Notes under the pieces: generated by a model | Database searches by the model: none | What the model saw: only the letters and a program-made list of their open reading frames with translations | What the model was told of the DNA's origin: nothing | Position numbers and translations under genes: made by a program | Source of the DNA: a virus | Length of the DNA: 64,000 nucleotides | Virus record (IMG/VR): IMGVR_UViG_3300029908_000017 | Location: 10,377 to 74,376 of that record | Reading direction: 5' to 3' (one strand) | Shown here: one piece after another, positions 9,657 to 20,399 of the stretch | How positions within the stretch are numbered: the first letter of the stretch is position 1 | Layout of the letters: every line of letters starts with the position of its first letter

Positions 9657-11842
9657 GCAACGGCTACCTCTTGAATTTCTGGAATATTAGCAACTTCTTG
9701 TGCGATATCTTTTAATTCTTGATCAAGATTATCATTGATAACCGGTTCATTTGTATCTTCTACATCAACAGTTTCAAAATCCTGGTCAATAGGAGTTTCT
9801 TTGACATAATGCTTTAGGGTATAAATTTCGTCAACCAATACCGAGTCATTATGCAACGCATACAATCTAGCCGCGAGATCATCATAACCTACACCTGTAT
9901 CATGGCTTGAATTGACAATGCAAATATAACCCTGGCTAGCTTCGTCAAATACTTTGCAATTTTCTTTATTCACAATATAGGTTGTCAGCTTGCCTTTGAT
10001 ACGGTAAAACTCTTTACCATCTTTTTTGATCAACTCCGCGCCTGTAGCTTCTACAGCCATTTTTAAGAATTCTTTAGATTTCTCAACCGCTAATGCGTGC
10101 TTTAAGTCTAAATAATCAACAACCGCAATAAGATCAAAATCTGTCAAATGCTCGGTAACTACTTCTTTTTCGATTTCAACCCCATCAGCATTCTTTTCTT
10201 TAACAATCTTCTTAAAGGTAGACGCTTCTTTTAGAATTGGCTTTAATTTGCTTCTTGCCCATTTATCTGTTTTTGTCTCTCCGTTACACCAATTAGCATT
10301 TGCCGATTTATTTAAAGCATATACTTTTTTGATTAAATAATTTAATCTAACAGGTACTGTCTTCTCGATATTATCAATAGAGTTAATAACAAGATGTGGC
10401 TTTCTATCCACAATTCTAAAGAACAATTTAGTGCATTCAGGATGAGGTAAGGGATCTGCCCAACTACCAACATAATCCTTGTCAATTTTTACACCTAGTC
10501 CTGCACTAATTGCATCCGTGGCCTTTAAATTCAAGACTGAAGTTTGTTTAAGGAAATTTGTGTAATTCAACTCGTCTTGAAAACACGAACAACGATAAAT
10601 AACTTCTTCTAACTCATTGGCATTGATACGAATACCATTGATCTTACGATGACCGCTTGCCAAGTGCTTAGTCAACGTTAATGTAATTCCATTAATCTTG
10701 AACGACTCCAATGTAATTACACCATCCGTATACGCGGATTCGTCAGCAATTTCAAAAGTCTTAGGTACATTCACTTCTTCTTGGACCCTCGCGCTTCTCC
10801 TCCATCCATATCCGTACTTACGAATTTTCTTAATCTGCCGTACTTCTTTCTTTAATCCCGCACTCTCAAGTTCAGCCGCTTTGGCTTTCGCAATTTCACG
10901 GACAACTGAATAGATATCAAATTGATTATGAATATCATAAACACCCATAAATATTTCAAATAGCTTAGGATATTCGAGAGTAACAGTATGATAAACAGCC
11001 GAATTAGCTGTGAACTTAATATTGTTAAACTCACCAGATTCCACTTCACCAGACGCTAGTTTATTAGCATAGACTAATGTAGTATTAGCATTGTATTCTC
11101 CTTCAAGGACAGCTAACCGAGTTTTCCAAATAGTTTTCTGGTCTTTTGTCAGTCCCTTCTCCATCTTTAAGCGATACAATACACTCTTTTCAGGATTAAT
11201 AAAGAATCCATGATCCAACATATCTACGAATCTTGAATTAAATCGTAGAAGATGAAAAACTAATAGAATTTCATAAGTAAAAACATTTGCAACGGCGTAT
11301 TTACTAATCAATTTATTTTTCTCATGATACTGGTATACCTGAAAAAGATTATATTGATCGAGATAATCATATACTTTGTCCATGTGTGAGGCCATGAACT
11401 TGATAAACCTTCGACCATTTACAATACGATAAGTTGTACCATTTACAATTTTTTCGATAGGTGCCTGCATGATAACCAATGGCCCATCACTATCATCAAC
11501 AGATTGTCGAGTGTAATATTTTGAATTTGTGATCTTATCACGAATTGCTCCATAACTACTATCAGTTACTAACTCATAATTATCGTTGCAAAAAGAATCC
11601 TCAAAATCATTGTCAGGCCAATTTGAGGTACCGCGAATTGCTTGATAATTTAATTTAAACAACGAATGTAGCGTAGGTAAATTTTCTATATAAAAATCCT
11701 GTACTTTAAAATAGAAATTAATATCCTTGTTCTGTTCTTCCCAAGCCAATTCAAAATCTATTTTAACCTTCTTTAACTTTAATAATAGATTTTTTAATTT
11801 TACCAAATATTGTTTATTTAACTGCGAGTGATAAAATGCCAT
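9653..11842 (-). CDS. 729-aa protein of unknown function in the Ubl cassette
   Basis: Long ORF with a C-terminal RIKGKLTTYIV...YICIV...DDLAARLYALHND segment. Confidence 0.8.
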   Translation of the reverse strand: MAFYHSQLNKQYLVKLKNLLLKLKKVKIDFELAWEEQNKDINFYFKVQDFYIENLPTLHSLFKLNYQAIRGTSNWPDNDFEDSFCNDNYELVTDSSYGAIRDKITNSKYYTRQSVDDSDGPLVIMQAPIEKIVNGTTYRIVNGRRFIKFMASHMDKVYDYLDQYNLFQVYQYHEKNKLISKYAVANVFTYEILLVFHLLRFNSRFVDMLDHGFFINPEKSVLYRLKMEKGLTKDQKTIWKTRLAVLEGEYNANTTLVYANKLASGEVESGEFNNIKFTANSAVYHTVTLEYPKLFEIFMGVYDIHNQFDIYSVVREIAKAKAAELESAGLKKEVRQIKKIRKYGYGWRRSARVQEEVNVPKTFEIADESAYTDGVITLESFKINGITLTLTKHLASGHRKINGIRINANELEEVIYRCSCFQDELNYTNFLKQTSVLNLKATDAISAGLGVKIDKDYVGSWADPLPHPECTKLFFRIVDRKPHLVINSIDNIEKTVPVRLNYLIKKVYALNKSANANWCNGETKTDKWARSKLKPILKEASTFKKIVKEKNADGVEIEKEVVTEHLTDFDLIAVVDYLDLKHALAVEKSKEFLKMAVEATGAELIKKDGKEFYRIKGKLTTYIVNKENCKVFDEASQGYICIVNSSHDTGVGYDDLAARLYALHNDSVLVDEIYTLKHYVKETPIDQDFETVDVEDTNEPVINDNLDQELKDIAQEVANIPEIQEVAVA

Positions 11843-11874
11843 AAAAAAGCCCGTTGGTGTTTAATCCAACGGGC
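11843..11874 (-). terminator. Intrinsic terminator/attenuator after the Ubl gene
   Basis: GCCCGTTGG-N8-CCAACGGGC followed by T6 on the minus strand, abutting the next ATG. Confidence 0.8.
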
Positions 11875-11893
11875 ATCTCCGTTTATTGATTAA

Positions 11894-12247
11894 TTAACCA
11901 CCGATGACTCGTCCAACGATTTGTACAGGAGGAGTAATGAATTTACCTGGAAAGGCAATATCTACTTTTGTCAGAGAAGACAGCAAATCACGTAACCGTA
12001 ACTTATCGCTTTCAATAATCTTGTTATCGTCATCCGTACCATTAAACTTAGCAGATGTCTTAAAGATTCCATCGTTAATCACAGCCCAAAGCTTGTTGGT
12101 CTGGAAATGACTAAAGATACGTTCAACGGCTCCTTCTAAGTTTAGTTTAAAAGTTTCATGTCCGGCTTTACCAGTAACATGCAAATCGTAAACAGGTGCG
12201 TTCAAATCTAAAGCTACTTCTGCAATTGTATTTTTGATTTCTTCCAT
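11894..12247 (-). CDS. Divergent ubiquitin-like (beta-grasp) protein with C-terminal diglycine
   Basis: 117 aa ending in the strand-like VQIVGRVIGG*; lies upstream of the JAB and E1 genes. Confidence 0.7.
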   Translation of the reverse strand: MEEIKNTIAEVALDLNAPVYDLHVTGKAGHETFKLNLEGAVERIFSHFQTNKLWAVINDGIFKTSAKFNGTDDDNKIIESDKLRLRDLLSSLTKVDIAFPGKFITPPVQIVGRVIGG

Positions 12248-12249
12248 AA

Positions 12250-12768
12250 TTAAACAGTTTGGGCTACCTCGTGATCTTCGTTGATAGCCAAAGAGAATCC
12301 AGACAAATCCTCGCTAGCGTTATTTAGATTCAATCTTGAATTAAACGTAATTTTTGCACCGGATTTCTGCAGAATCTTTACCAACGAGGCAAGAAAGAAA
12401 CGAGGATGAGTAAGCTGCTTTACTCGTACTTCTGCCTTTACCTCGTAACCCTCGCTAATATTAACTACTAGCTCTTTGGGAGCTTCTACAGGTTGATTAT
12501 CAACGACTACTTGAATTGGCTGTTTTGAATTTGCCTTTGTTTTAGTAGCAGTACCTTTCTTTGATTTTGCAGTTGTTGGTTTTGCAGTTGTAGTAGATTT
12601 AACAACATTCTTATCCGCTCCCTCTACTTCAAGGGTAGCCCAATTCTTGGAAATATTATTCGCATAAGTTGAGGAATAACCTTTCTTGATCAAATACGCA
12701 GACACACCTTTCTTCTGCCGCTTGATCTTCAATAATTCGTCGTAAAGTGCTTTTTTAATTTTAGCCAT
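12250..12768 (-). CDS. Lys/Thr-rich hypothetical protein (possibly DNA-binding)
   Basis: Basic N-terminus and a low-complexity linker rich in K, T and A. Confidence 0.6.
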   Translation of the reverse strand: MAKIKKALYDELLKIKRQKKGVSAYLIKKGYSSTYANNISKNWATLEVEGADKNVVKSTTTAKPTTAKSKKGTATKTKANSKQPIQVVVDNQPVEAPKELVVNISEGYEVKAEVRVKQLTHPRFFLASLVKILQKSGAKITFNSRLNLNNASEDLSGFSLAINEDHEVAQTV

Positions 12769-13037
12769 AATAGTTTAGTAAGTTTTCTTGTATGCTGCGA
12801 GTGTCTTTTCGATATTTTGCTGTGAATAACCCTGAAGAAGTAGATAAGACCGTAGACCCTTTTTTGCGAGACGTACTTTATCCAATTCTTTAACTAACGT
12901 TTTATTTATTTTCATATGTTTATTTCTATTCTGTTACTACTACTGCCATGCACTTCAATCCCAAAAAGCTACCCAATAACAAAAGCGCAATTGCTGAAAT
13001 TGTTTTTAGGGCTTTGATGGTTATCAGTACATAATCT

Positions 13038-16000
13038 TTAAACTCCATCATATTCTTTAATTATTTTTTGTGAATAATCTTCTTTGTATTTGTTTATTAT
13101 ATTATTTATTTCTTCAGAATTTACGATCTCGGGTGTATCAAAATCCTTGAAATACTTGTCTAACTCTTGTTTACTACCTATTTCTTCCAAGTTGTCCTGA
13201 TCAACGATTATACATTTCACTGGGGAATCTGAATAAAGATATGAGACACATCCTCCAACCACTTCAATTATAATTGTAGGTATCTTATTGTTCATTATAG
13301 CAATCTTCTTGATAAGGTGTATCAGCCACTATCTCATATTCCCAATCTGGATTATTTTGATTGGCAACCCAATTTTCCAATGTTTCTAATGCTCCTGAAT
13401 TGTCTTCTAAAAAACTAATTATCGCCCGTTCACCACTACAATCATCGGTATAACCAATCGTTTTTAATAGATCTTCGAACCTTACCAACCCAATCATTCC
13501 TTCATAACAAGGCCCAATATCATTAGCTTCTTTCCATCTTTGAATGACTTGTGGATTCATACTAAATGGGAGAGCGTCTCAGGGCTTACCCAAGTATAGC
13601 TATATGGGTCAGATGTATTCTCAGATGACGTTATTTTAATAAGCATCTCCCTTGCGGAGGTTAGGCTTATTGCCAATATCTTAAATGTATTTGGAGATTT
13701 TCCCCAATGTACGATATCTCCAACTTCAAAAGTACGTTTATTAATAGGTACAACTTCATAAATTGGTTCGGCAGGAGGAATCACCTTTACAAAATGAGTA
13801 GCTGCAAGAATGACAAAATTTGCATTTGGAAATTTTTTAGCCAATCGTAAACCTTCAGTTTCTGCTTCTTCAAATGTAGAGTGACGAACACGAGGAAGTG
13901 TAACAACATCTTGAGGATTTGTTCGTGGTTGATACCTCATCACATACCAAAATTTATCGATTTTATCGACTTTCATAATTAAACACCAATAGGTATAAGA
14001 GGTACCGGAGCGAATTGATCAACTGCGTAAAGGTCATTCAATTGATTATCCGATAGCTTGGCAGGAGGAAGGTCTAAATGATTATTGATTTTCGCCACTG
14101 AAATTTCTTCAATTGGAGTAGTTACTTCTTGTGGGGTTAAATCTTCATCAATAACCACTGTAATATTTTCGTCCTCCACTTTCCGGCTTACTACAGTCTT
14201 AGGATTTTTAATGTTCTTCAGACTATTGAAAAGCCAAGAGATTTTATGCCCAACATTACGAAAATTATGCTGCTTGATTTCAGGCAACAATAATTCAATA
14301 TCTTCATACCATGTTGAATCTTCGTCGTCATTACGAATTTCTGCCTGCCAATTGATCAGTTCATCTTCATCGGTGTTTGATATACTATTGGCAATCTTGA
14401 TCGTTGTTTCTTCAAACAAATCATTTAATGCCTGATAATAAAACTCTTCTGACCGACCTTCCGGACGACCTGCGTTTTCCCAATAGTAATAAGCTCGAAC
14501 TTCTACTACTTGTGATTCAATTTCAATATATGTGTTCAAGGCAATGCCTTTTTCGATTTTCATGTATTTTCTTTCTTTATGTTTGCTAACTCTTTTTCTA
14601 ATGCGAGAATCTTGTCTTCTCGACTCTTGTTGTACCAACTACCAATACTCTCTGCTTCTTTTAACTGGTCCTTCAGATCATCAATATCTTCAAGTTGTTC
14701 AAAGATATTTCCTGCTCCGATATGTGTAATACGCATACCGTGTGTGATCTTTTTATTCTTATGGGCTTTCCAAACCCAATCAGCCTTTGGTAAATCTTTC
14801 TTTTCCGGAATGACCGCTACAATGGTTATTGTTTTAGGGTAGGGCATATCTCAAATTCAAAAGGTTGAACTTTGACATCTTCACATTCCTCATCAAAACG
14901 TTCAATAAAAGTTGTTGCTTCATTAGGTAGTTGAATAATCTCTTTGATCTCCTCTTCTTTCATAAGAGTTATACAGAGTCTACCTACATATATACGATAA
15001 TTCGGGAGTTCTCGGCTTGTTGCTAATGAAATAGGACAAAAATAACCTTTGTTAGGTCGCCCCAATTCAATATCTTGTTTAGTTACACGTATTTTCATAA
15101 CATTGCGTAATCATGGTTACTAACGTATGCATCAATAATACTCTCTGCTTCTTTGAAGACATAACCAAATTCATCATGTTGAGCGTGTTCAGGATAGAAT
15201 CCATAACAAGAATCAATAATCTCATCTTCTTCATTGTGTATTTCAAATCCACAAACATTACCCCGTAAATAATCATCGTAAATTTGAACTTCGTATTCTA
15301 ATACCTCCAAAATTTGCTGCTTCAATGATTTTCCGAAATTAACGGTTATTGCTTCCCAACCTTCTTCTTTATTAGTTACCGTAAATTCTTGTAGTGCCTT
15401 TTCCAATGTACAGTAAATGAATCCAACTTGCCCACTATCCCAAGGACAAGAAAAACCACATGTATTAATAGACAAACCGGAATGATCCATCAAATACAAT
15501 GGTAATATAACAATATTTTCTTTAAGTATTGTTTCGGCTTTCTCAGTTGGTGTTTCTTCGTCAATATCACATAGGTTGTAGAAGTATTCTTGAAAACTTG
15601 AATTCTTTAATTGCTCATCCCCTAAATTATAATTACGATGACTGCATACCATTTTACCAAGATTACACCAATCTCTAGGAGATTCTGGGCAATCATCACT
15701 CACCAATTTAATTTTATAATCTTTATAATCTCTTTCTTCAACCACGTAATTATTCATTTAATTTTTGGATTAATCTCTTAAGTCCTGCTATAAACTTATC
15801 CGCCACATAGGCAGAAATACATCTACCCTGAATATGATAACTTGTAGCATGGTGTTTCACCAGATCACCTCGATAATCATCGCCTTTGTGATGATCTTGT
15901 TCAACTTTATAAGTGTTACACAACACACCTGTTAATACACAATATTCAGATTTATCTGTATCGTCTTTATGTTGATAAGGTAATAACTGTACAAACTCTT

Positions 16001-17583
16001 CATTAAGCTTAGCTTCTTCAACAGCAATTTTTTTATTTTGTTCATATTCAATCGCTTCTGCCTCTGTATCGAATAATGAATCATCGAATGTCTTATATTT
16101 TTTTATTTCTGTAATCATACATCTTCTATGAAAAATGATTTAATATCTTTACGGTTCGGTGACCATTGCCAATATATGTCAGCTTCATCGAAGATTTTTT
16201 CTACAGTACCTTCGTTGTCTTGTATACCATGATACCTAAAGTTAAAAGAAGATTGACATAAAACTAAGTTCCAAGTTTCAGCTGCATAATTTCTAAACCA
16301 CCAAACAGATGGAAATTCATCACTCCACATTGTCCGACACTTTGGTTTTGGTTTAATTCGGTATATATGATTTTCAAAATCCCAAATACCACTCTTTACT
16401 TCATACCAGTTGGACGCTCGTGTTATATCTTCAATTTTCCAATGGGCTTCAATTGACTTTCCATCTTCAAAAGCTTGTATCACTTCTATTATTTCTTTGT
16501 TTGTCATATTTTTTATATTTAGGTAAATCTGGCCATGCATCTACTAGATCATCGAACCGATAACCATCATCGATATTTAGTTCAAAGATTTTTGAAAAAT
16601 CATTAACATTGAATTTTCGTAATTTTTCGTAGCGATGATATCCAATGTATAGATCTGCTACATAGTGGTCATCTCCATATGTATCTCTGACCATCAAAGA
16701 TGATGTAAGGGTTTTCATAGAAACTTACTCCGTGTCATGCCATTCCTTACCTCTCGATTCGTCGAGTCCCTGGATGTAGCCCTTGTTGTTTGCCCACTGT
16801 TGAAGCTTGTCGAGAATGGCTATGGCTTTCGGCATGTCGCCAAGGTACAAAGCCGTGGAAACCTCTTGAGCAATCGTCGCAAGTTGTTCCTTGTCCTTCA
16901 TTGGTGATGATCCCCGTTTAATATTGTGATTGTGTGCATTATTATACTCCTTTGCTATATCTCTTTAATGTTTCGAAAGAAACGATTTTGAATGGTCTGG
17001 AAAATAAGAAATTTGCATATCTCTCGGACTGTTCATCAGGTACATAATTTTTATTTCTAACGAGTTTTAAAACTATATCTTTTTCAGGTACCATGTATTC
17101 CATTTTGTAAATTATACTTTCTGTTTATGATGGTTTTTAAGCTATTCAGAAACTTTAGTTTGTGTATTGATAGGCTCTACTGCCTCTAGTTTATCTTCGT
17201 ACCAATCCATATTGTATATAGTAAAAGGAAAGTCATGATCAATTATTCCTTCTTCTAACAACGTTTGCGCTTTGTCGTAAGCTGATTCTCCTGAATCTAC
17301 TTCAACCTCAAACTCTATAACTTGCTCCCAACGCCTAGTTACAATTGCCTTGTATTTCATGTGATTACTATCGAGTTATATTTATTGTTACCTCACCAGT
17401 AGTATCATTAACATGACAATATTCTCCGTATAACAACAACAGGTAATGTGCATAACTATTATTATAAAGTATTTTTTCTACTTGGTCGTAAGGTAAGTTA
17501 AATTCAATTTTACCTTTGTTATTTATATGTACATTTGAACTTCGTACAAGATATTCCATGCTAATTTTGCCACACCCATTCAT
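13038..17583 (-). CDS. Cluster of about 12 small accessory hypothetical genes
   Basis: Tightly coupled ORFs of 58-220 aa, including 15095-15757 with the widespread phage motif LMDHSGLSI...WDSGQVG. Confidence 0.6.
13979..14563 (-). CDS. DUF2934-like domain protein (start moved to MKIEKG)
   Basis: RAYYYWENAGRPEGRSEEFYYQA motif; ATGA overlap with the upstream gene. Confidence 0.65.
   Translation of the reverse strand: MKIEKGIALNTYIEIESQVVEVRAYYYWENAGRPEGRSEEFYYQALNDLFEETTIKIANSISNTDEDELINWQAEIRNDDEDSTWYEDIELLLPEIKQHNFRNVGHKISWLFNSLKNIKNPKTVVSRKVEDENITVVIDEDLTPQEVTTPIEEISVAKINNHLDLPPAKLSDNQLNDLYAVDQFAPVPLIPIGV
16725..16901 (-). CDS. 58-aa GC-rich microprotein (not in the ORF track)
   Basis: MKDKEQLATIAQEVSTALYLGDMPKAIAILDKLQQWANNKGYIQGLDESRGKEWHDTE*; fills a gap between genes. 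Confidence 0.65.
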   Translation of the reverse strand: MKDKEQLATIAQEVSTALYLGDMPKAIAILDKLQQWANNKGYIQGLDESRGKEWHDTE

Positions 17584-20329
17584 TATTATGCCAAATAGTT
17601 TCTTTTGAATAGATAGGATTTTTATCTTTCCAACAAGTACCTACATTTAATTCACAACCTAGATTATCCCCACTAGCTAATTTTACTTTATTAGTCATAT
17701 AATATCTGATAACTTCTGGAAAATAATTATCTTTCATTAAATCCTCTTTTAATAGAAATTGTAGATCATCGTGTACGATATTACATGGTTTGATATGCTT
17801 CATCCATAACCCATCTTTTATAAACTGATTCTTAAGTTGAACAGCACAATCAAAAACAAATAAAGTCATCTCACTTCCAATTGGAAAACTTAAACTTTGA
17901 TTTAAGTAACCTGCCTTAATAGCAAAATCATTAGTTTTATCAAATTTTAATACCATTCCCCTGGCATTAGTAATTTGGTCATACTCTAAAACTTCTTGTT
18001 TACATTTTTCTCTGTAATTAATGTAATCAGGATAACCATACCAAGTCTTCAAAGCATATTCTACTTCTTCTAACTGTAACATAAACCCACTCTCAGCAAA
18101 AATGATAGCTTGAATAGGTAATGCAGCTTGCTCTAATTCCGCAATATACGAGCAATTAAAACTAATTGCTTTCGCACTGGTATAGTAGTTGGTGTCATCT
18201 TTAGTTAATTTATCGTTCTGAAAATACTCCTTCATTTTTTTCAAATGAAATCCCCCTGCACGTATGGCCGTTATAAATTTAGAATCTTTACTAAGAAAAG
18301 CTTGTACTCCTAAATCGGCGGAAGCCACGTCCGAACATGCATATAACCAGTTTGGTTGATTACGTGAATAAAACGAATTACGTATATTTGCAGGGATTAT
18401 CTCCTTATCCGCTACTTTACGTTCTTCTTTTGGTAACTCATAATAATTTGGAACAAAAATAGGTGAAATAAATGCCAACACTTTGTTCGCAGGATTTTGA
18501 CAATTCGGAGAGCTACTAGTTCTAAAATTTTTCAAACATTCGAAAAAGTCTACTCTCATTATTCCATCTTTATTGATAGCATTCCAATAACTTTGCTTAA
18601 GAGGATCGCTTTCTAAATCTTCAGGTGCTTCAAGTTCTACATCATCTAACAAATCTTCTAACTCGTCTAAAGTATTTACACCTTTTTTACTTAAAAATTT
18701 ATTTGAAAAAACAGCTATTCTATTTAGATCTAATAGATTTTTTACGATGTCTATCTTTATGCTTATATCTTTTGCTATGTCGTCAGGAGCTATTTTTAAA
18801 TGCCCTTGTAATTCAAAAAATATAGTGGAAAGACTTCTGCCATTTGTAGAAGGGGAATACTGCGCTTGAACTTGTTTACTTTTTTTTAACCACCAAGAAC
18901 GAGGGCGAGGACTTTTTCCAGATTTTGTATAATATGCAGGTGTAAGATTTAATTTTTCAAACAATACATTTTTCTTTTGTATAGCTGAATTTGGGTTAAA
19001 GTCTTCTACACCTATTGCACTAAGTTTTTCATGTAGCGATTTTAATAAAGAATTATACTTTTCTTCATATTGTTTAGTTATTTTTTCCATTAAACCTATA
19101 TCAATAGGTATGCCTGTCATCTCGATGTCTAATAGATAATCGCCTAACGGCATATAAACTTCAAAAAAATAATTTTTTAAATTTTCCGGAAATTGTTTAA
19201 ACATATTTAAACAAGCTTCTCTATGAGAAACGGCATCACCTGCGCAATAATGGTAGAATAAATCAGGGTTACTAAACTTTACACACGACATTTCCGATTT
19301 GTTTATTTTATTTTCTCTTAAATAAACATTAAATGGAGTATAGTAGGACTCGTAATTAGTAAACCTTTTAATACCTGTTTCCAATCCTCTACCCCACCTA
19401 CTGTCAAAAAAACCAACCGCTTTCATTCCATCAAAGAAAAGATTTGCTTCTTTTAAATTAAATCCTCTATATCTTAAACGTTTATCATCTGCTCGTATAT
19501 TCCAACCCATTCTTTTAATTTCAGGATGCTCTAAAAGAAGTTTAGCTGTATTTAACAAATCAAGATTTTCTTTGCCAGCAGGATCTTTTAAAAGATCAAA
19601 GATAATTGCTTTATCTTTTTCACAACTAAATTGAAAGGTATAAACTTTTTCATTATCATGCCATTTTCCAGAAGGAGACAACCATTCCATATCATAACCG
19701 CAATAAAACATCTTATTGTCTACATAATGATTTATCACGTATTCCGCGTCTGACACATTATCAATTACAACGTAATCGAATTTATCATAAGCTAATTGCT
19801 TGGTAATAAATCGTCTAGCTAAATGAAAGTTTTCTTGAAATTCTCCACGGCGAGTTGGATCAACTGCTACAACCGTACCTGGACTGTGATTAGCCAATAA
19901 TTTACAGTTATAAGGACAATCGATCAACTCTCCAAGATAATCAGAGATCTTTACATTCTTCTTTAATACCCGTTTGAATACTTCTGCTCCTAGTGCAATA
20001 ATCAGTTCAGGTTTTATTTCATTAATCTCTTCTTCGAGATAAGGGTAAGATTCTGAAATATCGGAAGCTTTTGGTTTACTTTTACTACCCAACCCAGATT
20101 TGCAAATTGCTGTAATGTAGACGTTATCAAGATTTAAACCATTGACTTCCAACGCATCAAATAACTCTTGGGCGGCACCATTATCTTTTGATTGATGGAA
20201 CAATTCATACTTTTGACAATCAATTGATGAAGGATGGCTAGCAATGATCAATATTTTTGAAAGGGGATTTCCTCTTCCGGGAATGAGTAATTTTCCCGTT
20301 TCTAACGAACGACTGGGTACAGTAAGCAT
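17561..20329 (-). CDS. Family A DNA polymerase with N-terminal uracil-DNA glycosylase-like domain and 3'-5' exonuclease
   Basis: UDG-like GNPLSKILII / YITAICK / PELIIALG / HSP; exonuclease DME, NIRADD and YCAGD; polymerase motifs SDVASADL, AKAISF and VHDD. Confidence 0.88.
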   Translation of the reverse strand: MLTVPSRSLETGKLLIPGRGNPLSKILIIASHPSSIDCQKYELFHQSKDNGAAQELFDALEVNGLNLDNVYITAICKSGLGSKSKPKASDISESYPYLEEEINEIKPELIIALGAEVFKRVLKKNVKISDYLGELIDCPYNCKLLANHSPGTVVAVDPTRRGEFQENFHLARRFITKQLAYDKFDYVVIDNVSDAEYVINHYVDNKMFYCGYDMEWLSPSGKWHDNEKVYTFQFSCEKDKAIIFDLLKDPAGKENLDLLNTAKLLLEHPEIKRMGWNIRADDKRLRYRGFNLKEANLFFDGMKAVGFFDSRWGRGLETGIKRFTNYESYYTPFNVYLRENKINKSEMSCVKFSNPDLFYHYCAGDAVSHREACLNMFKQFPENLKNYFFEVYMPLGDYLLDIEMTGIPIDIGLMEKITKQYEEKYNSLLKSLHEKLSAIGVEDFNPNSAIQKKNVLFEKLNLTPAYYTKSGKSPRPRSWWLKKSKQVQAQYSPSTNGRSLSTIFFELQGHLKIAPDDIAKDISIKIDIVKNLLDLNRIAVFSNKFLSKKGVNTLDELEDLLDDVELEAPEDLESDPLKQSYWNAINKDGIMRVDFFECLKNFRTSSSPNCQNPANKVLAFISPIFVPNYYELPKEERKVADKEIIPANIRNSFYSRNQPNWLYACSDVASADLGVQAFLSKDSKFITAIRAGGFHLKKMKEYFQNDKLTKDDTNYYTSAKAISFNCSYIAELEQAALPIQAIIFAESGFMLQLEEVEYALKTWYGYPDYINYREKCKQEVLEYDQITNARGMVLKFDKTNDFAIKAGYLNQSLSFPIGSEMTLFVFDCAVQLKNQFIKDGLWMKHIKPCNIVHDDLQFLLKEDLMKDNYFPEVIRYYMTNKVKLASGDNLGCELNVGTCWKDKNPIYSKETIWHNNEWVWQN

Positions 20330-20399
20330 AATTTCATAAGGCCAGCAATTGGTTGATTGCTATCGCCGATGATAACTGTAAGTTATCGGTTAATACCTG

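Noticed and set aside
945-12768. ClpX-like C-terminal degrons (EKVVA, EVAVA, EVAQTV)
   Set aside because: Too short and low-complexity to support without a proteome-wide test.
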